From Lama glama (taxonomy: Eukaryota), in contig CM052817.1 in assembly GCA_028534125.1 (NCBI GenBank), positions 39,806,001-39,870,000 on the forward strand: 64,000 nucleotides of DNA, written 5' to 3'. Positions 44,601 through 59,600 of the stretch are shown one piece after another; within the stretch, counting starts at the first letter, position 1; every line of letters starts with the position of its first letter. The position numbers and the translations under genes were made by a program. A model generated the notes under the pieces. The model worked only from the letters and a program-made list of their open reading frames with translations. It did no database searches and had not been told where the DNA came from.

Positions 44601-47600
44601 GATGTGCATTTCAATGCACATTCTTAGGCTTCACCCGAGATCTCCTGAGTCAGAACCTCTGAGGCTGGGACCTGACAACGTGCTTTAATAAGCCCTCCAA
44701 GTGATGCAGATATGTGGAAAATTGAGAACCACTTAACTAGAGAACTTCAACCTAATACTGTTATTTTTGCCATTTAATCATAGAATTACATGCTTAATGT
44801 TTTATTGAAATGTTGGGAACTAAGTTAATGTAATTTTTTTTTTTAGTGTGTGAAGATAAATGCTATTTCTAAATATTCATTATTTTGGTCAATTTATACT
44901 TTAAAAATCTGAGGTGGATAAAATGTGGATATGGTCAAGTTGTATTTTCACACAAACATCTGCAGGTCGATAACTAATGGGTGATACTAGTCTGGTGTAT
45001 TTTTTAATATATGTTTTTGTATTTAATATTTTTAAATATTACATTTAAGTATTTAAATATTTTTGAAATTCCTAAATATAGTTGGTTTACAATATTATAT
45101 TAGTTTCAGGTGTACAACATAGTGATTCAATATTTTTATAGATTATACTCATTTTAAAGTTGTTGCAAAATAATGGCTATATTTCTCTGGGCTGTACAAT
45201 ATTGAAATACTTTTAAAGTAGAAATACATAGTCATTTGAAATATTTCAGGCTGCAAAGAATTACATAATATGATTGTGCGCTAATTCATTCAGCCTTTAC
45301 CCCCGTGGTGGCTCTTTGTTATATATAAACAATGCTGTGAACACCTTGCATGTAACCTTTGTATGCTCTTGCTTTTAGTTCTGTAGGTTAAGACCCCTAG
45401 AAGCAATCCTGCTAGATTAAAAACAATGGGCACTTTTATTTTGATTCTGCAGGGTTGCATTCCAAAAAGATTGTAGCACTTCCTGCTTTCATAAACCACA
45501 CACAAAAGTGCCTGTTTGTGCCGGCTGTAGTCAGCTCTGGATTTTACCTGTGGGGGGCTTTTTTCTGGTATTTAATCCTTTTTGTTTGTTTGTTTATTTT
45601 GCCAGCCTAATAGGTAACAGTAGAGAATTTCTTCATCTGTTTATTAGCATTAGCATTTCTCCCTGCTGTGAAATATCTTGTCATATCTTTTGCCCATTTT
45701 TCTAGTGATAAAATACTGGCGCACATTTTGAAGACTTCTGGTGTTGCACGTTGTCAGATTTTCCTGCACACTGGTTGTACTCATTTTCACACCATGTTTT
45801 GGGTCTGATGTGGTCCTCTTCATGAATTCTACCTTGCTAAGCTGTGGAGCTCCTAGATGTCCCAGTTAACCATCCTAGTCTCTCATGGTTTAAACAGTCT
45901 TAGTTTACAACGGTATTCAGGCCATTCAAAGTTCAGCTCCCCCTGAGAGTTCGTTGAATAGTCTTTCTTAGTTTGTACAAAACCTCATACATTTTTTTCC
46001 ACCTTCCCCTGTGTCTCTCTAAGATGATATTTGGGTAAATGAAGAAGGGAAACACACAAAATCTCCTTGCAGAACATAGGAGGAAGGCCTTAGAACTCAC
46101 ACAGATCCCTGAGTTGCCCTTTAGCTCCTCTGAAGTGCCAGCTGATACCTCTTGTCCAGCAGGTGCTGCCTGCCCTATGGAATCTCAGACTTCAGTCTGC
46201 AGCTGGCAGATGGGTGGGCAAATGGGTGCCCACCCTGCTGACCAGGCCTGAGTTAGAAATAGTATTAGAATGCACACATCACACTGGGGATTTTTGACAT
46301 TTAACACTGATGTGTAATTACATTTATCGTCATGAGAAGATGCTACACAGGGTGGAATTTGATTTTTCTTCTTAGAAAACTTTTTTAAGATTGTGGAAAG
46401 GGAAAAATAAGGCTTTTTTTTTTAATTCCACAGAATGGCAACATACTTGCTTAACACTGACTTCCGTGCAAGAAAGAAAAAATTTAATATATTCCTTGCC
46501 AACAAGTGGTGGGAAGACCCTCGTGGCTGAGATTTTAATGCTACAAGAACTGCTTTGCCGGCGAAAAGATGTTCTAATGATCCTGCCCTATGTGGCAATT
46601 GTTCAAGAAAAGGTGCGGGGTTTTTTTCAACAAGTGGTATTTGCTAATGTTATTTTAACATTAAGATATAAAAACTAGCATAGATGTAACAAGTTTTTCC
46701 TGAGAAGAGGTACCTTTATTAATGATGGAGAATTAATATTTTTAGGATGTGCCAAAGCAGTATGGAGTACTTACCAAAAATCTCTAATACTGATTACCTG
46801 TTTCAGAAAGAGTTTTATTTTTTTCTAAATTGATGGATTAAACTCCATTTTAAATGTTTTATATATATTTAGACTTCTTTTCAAGCAAAAACTAACTCAC
46901 TTATTTTATCAAAATAAATGAGTTATTCTGATTTTTTTTTACAGCAGAGGAGACACTTAAAATTTATTTTTACATTTATTATGTAGAAGTGTTCATTTGC
47001 AAAGATCAATACATTAATTATGACATTTCTTAGTATATGTGTTTTATCTGTGATTTTGTTCCCATTGATTGGTATTAAACACTTTTTTAGATTTTGTAAA
47101 TCCCTGTGAACACTTAGTAACTGGAGTTCTTTTGGGGAGGGGGGTGGAGTAGGTAATTACGTTTATTTATTTATTTATTTTTAGGGGAGGTATTGGAGAA
47201 TTGAACCCCGGACCTTGTGCGTGCAAAGCATGCACTTTACCACCTGAGCTATATCCTCCCCCTTAGAGTGCTTATTTATCTGATTTCTTTTGTTTATTTT
47301 AACTAATATTTTAGATTTCAGGTTTGTCAAGTTTTGGTATAGAACTGGGTTTCTTTGTTGAAGAATATGCTGGAAGCAAAGGAAAATTTCCTCCAATTAA
47401 AAGAAGGGAAAAGAAATCACTATATATTGCCACTATTGAAAAAGGACATAGTCTGGTGAATTCTTTGATTGAAACTGGAAGGATTAGCAATCTGGGTCTG
47501 GTTGTTGTAGATGAGGTTGGTTGCTACTTTTATAATTTATCAACATTTTTGTTATACTAATGTATTATTACATGGACCTGCTTAGTACCTTTATGAGAAT

Positions 47601-50600
47601 AAGTCATTTATTTTAATATATAGACAATACAGATGAAGAAATTTCATGCTTGGTAATCTTAAATTCAGCTTTGTGCCAGGTGTTTCTTGAAGAGTGAGTA
47701 TATGTGTATATGTCCAATTTTATAATAGTGCTTATGAATTTCAGATGTAAGAATGTTGTCCTGGGGACAACCTCATTAACTTAAAATACCAGTGAATTAA
47801 TGTATATGTACCCTAGTTGCCATAACTAAAATGCTTTATTTGTAAAGCAAAGGTTGCTTCTTCATTTTATCAAATATATGCTTGTTTTATGTGGGTGTTA
47901 TATACAGATTTACTTTTCTCCTCCCCCCTTTATTTTTTAAATCTCAAAGCTGCACATGATTGGTGAAGGAAGCCGTGGGGCCATACTGGAAATGACTCTA
48001 GCAAAAATCCTCTACACCAGCAGTAAGTATTTTTTCAGGTGTGGCCACTAATTGATTTATAATCAAGAGACCTGTAAGAGTTAATTGTATCACCAGCTAG
48101 AGTATGTAACCTTGAGTAAGATACTTAAGCTTTCTGCCGTAGTTCATTTCTTAAGTGAGCTTATGAATTTTTGTTGGAAGAATGGATAAATGGGTAGAAT
48201 TGTGAAGATAAATGAAGTTATCATTTTCCTCCACTTACTAGCTTTGTCTGCTTAGGCCTGTGACTCAACCTCTCTGTTTCTTCATCTGTAAAGTGGCAAT
48301 AACGATGGTACCAACCTGATGGGACTGTTGGGAGGACTGTAGGAGTTAGCACATGTGAAGCATTCAGCCACACCTAGCACACAGCACAATAAGAGCTCGC
48401 TGCCATTGCCACCATCAGTATCATCATCATCATACCAATAAAACAGTGTATGTTAATGGTCACATTAAGTAGCTATTTTGCAACATCAGATAGTCTTTAA
48501 GTGTATATGAAATATTTATTCTACATGTCTTCTCTATTACTTACTGATACGCTATTGCGGTAGTTTATTAGTTGTTATGTATTATAATAGCTTATCTGTG
48601 GAAAATTATTAAAGGTCAAATTTTTTTAAACATTTTTTTTGAGTTATAGTCATTTTACAATGTTGTGTCAAATTCCAGCGTAGAGCACAATTTTTCAGTT
48701 ATACATGAACATACACGTATTGTCACATTCTTTTTCGCTATGATCTACTACAAGATCTTGTATATATTGCCCTATACAGAATAATCTTGTTTATCTATTC
48801 TACATATGCCTGTCAGTATCTACAAATTTTGAACTCCCAGTCTGTCCCTCCCCACCCCTCTTCCACTTGGCAACCACAAGTTTGTATTCTATGTCTATGA
48901 ATCTGTTTCTGTTTTGTATTTATGTTCTTTTTTTTTTTTAAATTCCACATATGAGTGATCTCATATGGTATTTTTCTTTTTCTTTCTGGCTTACTACACT
49001 TAGAATGACATTCTCCAGGGACATCCATGTTGCTGCAAATGGCATTACGTTGTCAGTTTTTATGGTTGAATAGCATTCCATTGTATAGATATACCACATC
49101 TTTATCCAGTCATCTGTTGATGGACATTTAGGTTGTTTCCATGTCTTGGCTATTGTAAATAGTGCTGCTGTGAACAGTGGGGTGCAGGTGTCTTTTTGAA
49201 GTAGGATTCCTTCTGGATATATGCCCAGGAACGGGATTCCTGGGTCATATGGTAAGTCTATTCCTAGTCTTTTGAGGAATCTCCATACTGTTTTCCACAG
49301 TGGCTGCACCAAACTGTATTCCCACCAGCAGTGAAGGAGGGTTCCCTTTTCTCCACAGCCTCTCCAGCAGTTGTCATTTGTGAACTTTTGAATGACAGCC
49401 ATTCTGACTGGTGTGAGGTGATACCTCATTGTAGTTTTGATTTGCATTTCTCTGATAATTAGTGATATTGAGCATTTTTTCATGTGCCTATTGATCATTC
49501 GTATGTCTTCCTTGGAGAATTGCTTGTTTAGGTCTTCTGCCCATTTTTGGACTGGGTTGTTTGTTTCTTTCTTATTGAGTCGTATGCGCTGCTTATATAT
49601 TCTGGAGATCAAGCCTTTGTCGGTTTCATTTGCAAAAATTTTCTCCCATTCCGTAGGTTGTCATTTTGTTTTACTTATGGTTTCCTTTGCTGTGCATAAG
49701 CTTATAAGTTTAATTAGGTCCCATTTGTTTATTTAAAGGTCAAATCTTAAGAATTATTTTTTAAGTTTTGGTAACAGTGGTATTTAGACAGGTTGTAGCA
49801 CCTTATAATCATTTATTAAAAAATATTTATTGAGTACCTACTGTGTGTCAGACCCTATTTTAAGTGCTAGGGGTACAGCAGTGACTAAAACAAACCTGTA
49901 TTTTACTGAAAATGAACAGACAATAAGCAGATAAGTGAGAAAACATACAGTGTGTCAGATGGTGAGAAGTTCTGTGGAAAAGTATAAAGCAGAGGAAGAG
50001 AGGGAAATGATCACCGACTTGTCAAATCCAGTGTGCTCTGACTGTCCTTGTCTTAATTTCTCTTCGGCATTTGATTATTTATCATTCTTCTTTCCTTTGG
50101 GTGCTGAAACAACATTCTCTCTTGGTTTTCCGGCTTTGTAAGAGGGATCATGTGTTAGCATTGAGAAGTAGCATAGCATGATAGGTAAAGACAGACTCTG
50201 GAGCTGGATTCAAATAATAGCTCACTTTTAACTTTGTGTGTGACCTTGGGTAAGTTACAGTAACTATGCCTCTTTTTTGCATCAAAAATGGACCATTGTT
50301 ATAGAACCTTCCTCACTGAGTTGCTGTGATGATGGCACACGTCAGTCTTTGCTGAGCATCTCACTCAGTATCTGCACATGATGGACGTGTGTTTGCTACT
50401 GCTGTATATTTGTCTTTCTGTCACCAGTGCCTTACACTTACTAGCTACTTGAATGTAAGGAATCTCTTTAGTTTCTTCTTTTGTTCTCCTTTGTGACGCC
50501 TCTTTCTCAGCATGTTCGTAATGTGCCTTGGTGTTACCATGGATTCATCTCAGACTCTTGTCTTGTTTCCTACTTCCTCTTGTTTCTGCTGATTTCATCC

Positions 50601-53600
50601 ACACTTATGACTTCAAGTGCTTCTTGTGTGTGGATGGCTCCCAATCTATATTATCAGCTTATACCTCTCATCTGGTAACATTAATACTCTGGAGATATAC
50701 AGTTGACCCTTGAACAACGCAGGTTTGAACTGCATAGGCCCACTTATCCGTGAATTTTTTTCAGTAGTAAATACTACAGTACTACACGATGTGATGGTTG
50801 AATCCAGGGAGGCAGAACTGCAGGTACAGAGGGCCGACTGTAAGTTTTGGATGATACTCGACTGCGTGGAGAGTCTGTGCCCCTAACCCTAGTGTTGTTC
50901 AAGGGTCACCTGTATTTGTATTCTTTTTACCTTCCTCCCTTTTCCAAATCACTGAGGAAAAATTCAGAACACAAAAAGGCTGCTAAAAATTACTGTTATG
51001 ATATACCAAATAACACCTTTTCCTCAATACTTTGGATTTTTATTTTTTAGAAACAACTCAAATTATTGGTATGAGTGCAACGTTGAACAATGTTGAAGAC
51101 CTCCAGGAATTCCTGCAGGCAGAATATTACACCAGCGAGTTTAGACCAGTATGTACCTAAGGTTTGATTTGTTATGTATCATCTTTTATTCAGAAAGAAA
51201 AGTAGCAAATGTACTATATAAAAAACGTTAAGAGTAGTGAAGGAGTGTAATGCCACTGACCATGGCTGTGTGCTAGTAAATCTGTGTATAGAGAGTGTAA
51301 CTGCAGGGTCAGGGATCTTGGCCTGGCTGTGGCACCCAGAACAAAGCCTGGCCCCTGGCTCTTCAATGAATATTTATTGAATGAAATTTTCCAGACCCAT
51401 TCTGCTTTTCCACTTTATATTCTGTAAGGTACATTTTTTTCATTCAGTGAGAATTCAGTAATTCATGTTTCGAGTTATTGGCACATTAAAAAAAAAACTT
51501 ACCTTAAAATTTTAAATATTTTCCAATATTTATGCTTTGGTAGTTATAATGCTTTTTTAATAAGTTAAGACGTCACATGGATTTAAGCTTAAACTCCCCC
51601 TTAACAGTATTCCCAAAAGACGAAGAAAGTAAATTAATGTAGTTCATAGTTATTTGAAAGTAGCTTATAATGTTTATATACTCTGTTTGCAGTTTCTGTG
51701 TCTAAATAGGTTTTCAGAAAATGATTTTTGAGAATCACCAAATTTTAATTTGAAATTTGGTGTTTTTGCATTTGCACCAAATATGAAAATTTTCAAGAGA
51801 TATTTTCTGACCTTAATTGTCGAATTAGAGGCTGTTCTTTTAAAAATTCAATGAGCTGTTCTTACAAACTTTTGTCTACAAATACTTAAATTAAAAATAA
51901 CTTGGTGGTATTTAGATTAAAACTGATGACTAATAAAGCTTTAAATCTTGAGGAATAACACAAATAAACTCCTTAATACAGGAGTGTGAACACTTGACTC
52001 ATTTATACTTCTTGTGACCAATGCAAGTGTCTGATTTCCTTTTAGATATGTGGCTATTCAATTCAAAAGTATTTCTTCAAGGATATTAATCCCAGTTTTG
52101 ATTTAAAGGGGAAAAGAAACTTAAATGGGAAAGAAATAACTTTTATGTTGAAGCATTTTACATACCTTAGAAAAGCTAAAATTTTTGTATAGCTTTCCTT
52201 TTTTTACAGCATATTTTACAAAATTTGAAACTCTGGAAAGATGGATTTGTATATGTTATTAATTGCAAACATCTTTTTAATTCAAGGTTGAATTAAAAGA
52301 ATATCTGAAAATAAACGATGCAATATATGAGGTTGACAACAAAGCAGAGAATGGCATGACTTTTTCACGTCTCCTTAATTATAAGGTAACCTTGATAATC
52401 TCTGAAGATGAGGTTCCCAGACTTTGTTCCCAGCTGTCCTGGGGCACCACAGGGGAGTCTTAGGGATACTGTGGAATAGTTTGGACATTTGAGAGAAAAC
52501 AGCTGATGCTTGATATCTGTTGGACACCATACAAACTACTGGTTCAAGATAGGCAGTATCCAGTGTCAGCATTAGATCACACTACATTCCTTTCTATGAT
52601 ATTGTATCTTTGTGAAGTTGGGGAGAGTGTGTTGTACTTACTGTAAGCAAATACCATGTAAAAATCAATGTGGCACAGGACATGAGGGTTTCTACGGTTT
52701 GGAAACCTGTGGTGGGCCCAGCTGTGCACACAGTCCATTAGAGGGCTGTGATGGTTATTTAAGAGTGAAATTTTAAAAGATTTTTATTCCATTGATGTGT
52801 ATTATTTATTCAGATGGCTACTGATTTGTAAGGAAATACATACTTATTAATTTGTTTGGACCTAACTACCTAATAATCAAAACTGTTAGGTATTTTATTT
52901 GCCCTTGGGGATCCAGGAACCAAGTTTGGAGACCTCTCCCATAAATGTTTTTTCATTCAGCAGCAAGAGCAAAACAAGAAGAACGTCTGTAGGCTATGTA
53001 GCTCAGATGTTGGTATATGAAAACGTTAATGTTTTGTGACTTATATGAAGGACATTAAAAAAGGAGAAAAGGGATTTTACAACAGTTTTAGAATTCTATA
53101 AAGGTATATTATTCTAAATCTTAATGAGTTTTCAGTCAAGTCAAAGGAAGTGAGATTTTAAATAACTTTGCATTTTTCTTCATGTTCTTTGAGTTCTTTG
53201 TGTCTGCTTAGTAAATATATTTTCTATTTCTGAAAATACATGCTATAGTATGATTGAAACTGTGTTTTTGAAAATTTAGTAATAGCAAGAGCTCTAACTC
53301 ACTTGTGCAGTTCTTTGACTGTTACTGGAATCAATCTGTGTTTCTCTCTGTGGACTTTTTCTGCTTCAGTGCAGATAGACATGCAGTTGGTTTATTAATA
53401 ACATTAACTATTTTCACTTCCTTTATTTAAAACTGAATACACCTAATGAAACCCTAATAATCTAAGAGAAAAGTGGAACTTAACATTTTGCCGTTTAATA
53501 TAGGTTTCGTCTTTTCTTTTAAGTGATCATATTTAGTAAATGAGAAGTTCAGAATTATGAATGGTTTACTTTCCTTTCGAAACACACTGATAAAATGAAA

Positions 53601-56600
53601 GGCTTTCATGGTTGCTAACTGCTTTTTTCCTACGTCTTGTACAGTATTCTGACACTCTGAAAAAGATGGATCCTGACCACTTGGTAGCATTGGTGACAGA
53701 AGTTATTCCCAATTATTCCTGCTTAGTTTTTTGTCCCACTAAGAAGAACTGTGAAAATGTAGCAGAAATGATATGCAAAATTTTAAGCAAGTATGTTAAT
53801 CTTTTAAAAATATTCTGTTTTATTTTTATTATGATTTACGTGCCAGGTATTCTGTTGATTCAGCAAGCACTAATTCTTGCAGAACATTGTACTGAGTTGT
53901 TGTACTAGGTTCTGAAGGCCCTGACCTGGAGGAAAGTTGAACTGTGAAATATACATGTGTGGAATAGAGAAAAGTTCTAAGGCTGCATGTCAGAGAATGC
54001 TGGCTAATACAATGGCTTGGCTGCACAATGAGTCATTGGGGGCCTTTTTAAAATCTCAGTGCCCAAGCTACATCCAAGACAATCTCTGGGAGTGGAACCC
54101 AGGCACCATTATTTTGTAAAGCTCCCAGGCAAGTCCAACATGCAGCCAAGGTCAACCACTGGCTTACGTGATCAGAGAACTAATCACTGATCACTGTGGG
54201 GATTAATCATATCTTCAGCTTAACCTTCTTTTTAATTAAATACTGTTTGTTTTCTTAGTAAACGTCACACTTAAGTTGTGTGGACATTGGGATTGAATTT
54301 CCTAAACAACTAAGAAATTTGTTGGTTGCAATTTTACAGTATTTTAATATTGGTCCTGTTGTATCATAGATAAATATAAAGCGACCTTAAGTATAAACAG
54401 TTTAGTTTTTTCTGCACCTTTTTGTCCCATGTGTGGTTCTATCATGTTTTTCAGACTTCTTTTTTGGTCCCTTAACCACTGCTGTATCACTATTCACAGA
54501 CCAGTGCCCTGGACTCTAAATCTAGTCATGCTCCACCTCCCCTCCCAATCCTGCTGTCATGGATTGGTCTAATATAGAGCTAAATTCGTTGGCTAACACA
54601 AAGATACACATGTTTGGGATAAAGTGAAGAAGTTTCCCATTTTGGTAGCTGCATGTCCACCTTTATAATGATGATGCACATTATAAAAGCTTAAGGAAAT
54701 TGATTATCGTTTGGGAGGCATGAGTTTTATATTGGTCAAGTTATACCTTTTAACTATTTTGCTTTTTGTTGATAATAGTTTATTTGAATCATAAATGTGA
54801 AAGTTTAATATCAAAGTACTTAAAAAGTAAAAAAAAAATAAATAAAGTGAAATCTAGGGCTAAATGGTTTCTGATCTCAGTGGTGTCTTTAAAACATGAT
54901 TTCTTGAGTGTCCTCGCATATCAGCTTCTCTCTTAATTATTTGCCTCCTTACCATAAATTTCATGGGAAGCAGTTACTGTAGAACCACCTGGGCAATAGA
55001 ATGTGCTTGTATGTCTGTCTAAGTGCAAAGAATGAAGCAGATTTTTCCCAAGTGATTGTCTTAATCTCAAGGAAACATCTTTTTTCTGGTTGTCACTACT
55101 TTTGACTTGTAAGTCAAGAATGCCTTTTTTTTTTACATTTTTTTTATCGTGGTATAGTCAGTTTACAATGTTGTGTCAATTTCTGGTGTACAACACAGTG
55201 CTTCAGTCATACATGAATATACATATAGTCATTTTCATATTCCTTTTCACCATAAGCTACTACAAGATATTGAATATATTTCCCTGTGCTATACAGTATA
55301 AATGTGTTTATCTATTTTATGTAAGAATGTCTTTTAAACACTATTTGCTGGCAACTGCTAAAGATCTGGCCGTATCACTTTTCCTAAAAAATTCCCCCTA
55401 AAAATGATACCACAGTGCTTCTTAGCCTGGAATTCAGGCTAAGATCTGATTCAGCTTACTTTTCCATCCTTCTTCCTTCTGCTCTTCATTCGCCCTGTGC
55501 TCCTTCCAAGCTGAGCCACTTCTCTTCTTTGTTTGTGCTTTGCACTGCCCGTTGCCATGCCTGGGATCATGCCTTCCCCTCTGCCAACAGTGCACTTCCT
55601 GCCCCCTCGCTGCTGCCTCTCTAACACCTGTTCTTCAGGACCCAGCGCAGATCTCACTTTCTCCCACAAAACCCTTCTCCATCTAACCATATCTTACCTG
55701 GTCAGTTACAAATCATGTCTCCCTTCTCTAAAACTGTAGGGTGATTATTAATGTTCTCACACCATGTACGACTGAATTCCTTGAGAAGGGTTCATCCCTT
55801 TTAGGACCTCAAATACTGGCTGGAAGTAGTAACATGAAGTCTGTCACTCCCTACTCAGCTTGCACTGATGACTCTTAACCACTTTCTTCCCTATTCTTCA
55901 TTGTGTCCTTGCATCCCATTTCTCAACTTCTTACAAAATTCCTGGTCTGCTGCAGTTACCACCAGCCAGAGCTTTGCTTTCTTTCTGTGAAGCACACAAC
56001 AACACAGGCTGTGTGTACTGTATACTCTTAGACTCTGTTTGCTACTGGTATTCAGAAGTTGTAGCTTTACAACTAGTAGTTAGTTGTTCTTAGTCCTTCT
56101 TTCCTTTCTCTCTTTCTTTTCTAAGAAGGGAATTTAAAATAATAGGTGCTTCTAAATAAGGAGACATGGTAGGATATTACTGAGGCTTCTAAAATGCTTG
56201 TGTTTAGATAGTGTTCTACCTATAATATGTATGATTTAACAATGTATATGTTTTCATCTTCAGAGAAGAAAATTTATGACTTAAAACAGATCATCTTCAC
56301 TAAAGATGTATGTTTTGTGAAAAAGAAAATTGTAACATGTAGAGCAGGGGTCTAAAACTGGCACCCATGGATTCATAGGCAGAACAGGATTAAACTTCAG
56401 GAAGTCCATGAACCCTCTGAAATTACAGGCAGTGCTGTGTTTATGTGAATATTTGTTTTTCCCCTTAGCTGTAAGCAAATTTTCACAGAGCTCTGTGATC
56501 TACAAAAAGTTTGAGAGAAGCTACCTAATAGTTAATGAAATCAAAATCCAAATCCTAAGAACATTTTATATACTTATGTCAATAAAAGTAATACGTTTTT

Positions 56601-59600
56601 AAGAAGAGACTGTTTACATGCATCTACTCAAATTAAAATTTCAGGCACCCTGTCACTATAAGATCAAGGGGTCGTATCTCTGACAGATCTTTTTCCTAGG
56701 GAATATCTGAAGCACAGAGAGAAGGAAAAACACGAACTGATTAAGAGCTTGAAGAATAGCAGCAGTGGCAGCTTGTGTCCTGTGCTAAAGCACACCATCC
56801 CCTTTGGGGTTGCTTATCACCACAGCGGCTTGACGAGTGATGAAAGGAAGCTCTTGGAGGAGGCCTACTCCACAGGCGTTCTCTGCCTTTTCACCTGCAC
56901 ATCCACCCTAGCAGCAGGTGTTAACCTACCAGCTCGAAGGTAAGATGTAAGTAATTGTTGGCCGGGCTCAAAACTTTGAATTCCTAGCTTGCCAGCAGTT
57001 TTATTGTTGCCTTATTCTTCCTCAGTAGTGGGTGAGAATTTATCAAATGTTTTTTTCAGCACTTGCTGAGTTGATTGATTTATTTCCTTTAATATTTTAA
57101 TGAAAAATAACATCTGTAGATTTTCTGCTGTTAGAATTCCTTCTTTCCTGTTGCTCTCCCTGTCTGGTTTTGAGGTTAGGGCTTATTAGCCCAGTTGTGT
57201 AGAAACAGTTGGCAAGCTTTCCACCGTTTTTTATGATCTGAAAGTTTATTTAACAGAGATTTCCTTGAAACCTTAAAGACTTTTGAGTCTAATATCTTTT
57301 TTAGAGTAGATCCTTGATTACCTTTTCAGTTATTACCAAAGCTGTGTAGGGCTGTATAATTGATTTCTGCTCTTTGTCATTTGTGACTTTAAAATTTGTG
57401 AACTTTTTCAAATAAATGATCGATTTTTGTGAATCATCCATGAGCATAAAAAAAAACGGGTATGCAGTTTCATAAGATTGTGGTTATTAATCATGTTGTC
57501 AGCTCCTGTGTTTTCTTACTATTTGCGATTCTTTGTCAGTTTCAGGGAGGGTATGTTAGGATCTCCCACTGTAATTATGGAGTTGTCAGCTTCTCCATTT
57601 TACCTTTTTTAGAAGTTTTTTTTTTGCTTTGTAGTTCAAAACTACTTAGGTATATAAAGGTTTACTCGAAATATCTTACTGCTGAATTATACCTTTTATC
57701 AATAAAATAGGTTCTTGTCTTTCTCATTTAGTGATTTTACTTCAAATACTAGGATTACATTTTTTTTTGCCAAGTATATGTTTTTCTATTCTTTCATTTT
57801 CAAATCCTGTCACTGACTAAGTTTTCCATTTTTTTCAGATAGTTGGTGAAATAAAAAAAGGAAATCTAATTCTGCAATCCTAACCATCCCAATCTAGCAC
57901 TTCTCATTCACATTAGCTCTTGGGTATATTGTTTCAATCTAAAGTTTTATGCATTTCTTCATTTTAGAGTAATTTTTTTCCAGTTATTTCTTTCATTATT
58001 TCTTTCCTTTCATGATCTCTGTTCTTTGCTTTTATAACTTCAATTAGATAGAGTTGAAGCCTCTTAAGTTGAGCTTTCAACTCTCAACTTTTTTTACACG
58101 TTGTTCAATCTATGTGACATGTATGATTTCTTCAGCTTTACCTCCCATATGACAAAATCAGTTTTCAACTTACCCCATTAACTGTGTTCATTCATTCTTC
58201 AATTCTTCTATTGAATCGTTTAAACGAATTTTTTAAAGTTTTTTAATTTCTAAGAGCTCTCTTTTGTTGCTCTTTCTTTATGGTAATCTGCTCTCATCTT
58301 GTGAATACATTGCCCTCTAGAACTTTCTGTAGATACCAGTTAGAATTTTTTAAAGTTCTTTTCTGTCCCTCTATATTTGCTTCTGTGAGACATTCATTCT
58401 GTATGTTCTTGTTATTTTTCTTTTATGGCATTAGTTTTCTTCATGTGTTTGGTAATTTTGGCTGTCCATTGGATTTATAAATAAAGGAGTAGGTTGATTG
58501 GTTTAGGTAAATGACAGGTTTTCTCGCACCTTTGAACAGGAAAGCTGGTATAGATTTCTGTATACATGAGCAGGGTTGAAAACATGTTTGTAGGTCAAAA
58601 ACAGTTGAAATTTGCAATTTTATGTAGTTGACAAAAATGTAAGTTCATAAATAAATATGTATATGTTGGTAGTGTGTAGTCAGATTTTTCATTTATGGAA
58701 TATAAAATCAAAAGTCTTCTTAGATTATTGCTATAGTGGATTGATCATAAGCTTTGTTGCTAGTCAAACTTAAGTTCAGATTATGGTTCTGGTAATACTA
58801 ATTTTGTGGTTTACTTGTCTGTGCTTCAGTTAGCCCCTTTGTAAAAAGTAAATTAAATTAAATTAAAAAGAATATTAGCATCAAGAGTTTTGTAAGGATT
58901 ATAGATAATGTCCATAAAGAACCTCAAGCATCATAGATTTTTGGTAAATGGTAGTAGTCATCTATTATTTTGAGTTAATGTGTTATTAAATTTAATGTCA
59001 TGTAAGTTACAATGAAATTAAAAGTTTAAAAAATAGGTGCTCTTGCTATAGGTGGAATATTACTTTTAATTAATGTTATCAATTTCATAGAGTTATTTTA
59101 AGAGCCCCTTATGTTGCCAAAGAATTCTTAAAGAGGAATCAATATAAACAGATGATTGGCAGAGCTGGCCGTGCTGGAATAGATTCTTTTGGAGAGAGCA
59201 TCCTTATTTTGCAAGAAAAAGACAAGCAACAGGTAGTATTCAACTGGTTGTTGGTTGGCTGTTTTGTCTTCTTTCTTTGTCTTTTGTCTGGCCCTTTTAT
59301 GAGGTCTTCTTTTAAAAATTAATTATTAATATTCCTTTAAATATTTCCTTCCCCTCTATGATTAAGAATTAGAAAGAGTAGTTTGAATACTTTTTTATTT
59401 CAGGCAAACAATGAAAAGTATTTTCCCTATTTATCTTTCTTCCATTTTCATTAGGATCCCTGCTTAATTCATATTTTTTTAATCTTTATGTTTTCTTATC
59501 TCCCCTGACCTCCACAAGATCTATGTAAAATATAAAATTTTATATGGAATGTCGTCTTTTTTTTTATAATAACACAAAACTATAATATTGCTTTGACTGT

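Noticed and set aside
48938..49612. 224-aa ORF as a host gene
   Set aside because: It is the L1 ORF2 C-terminus within a truncated element.
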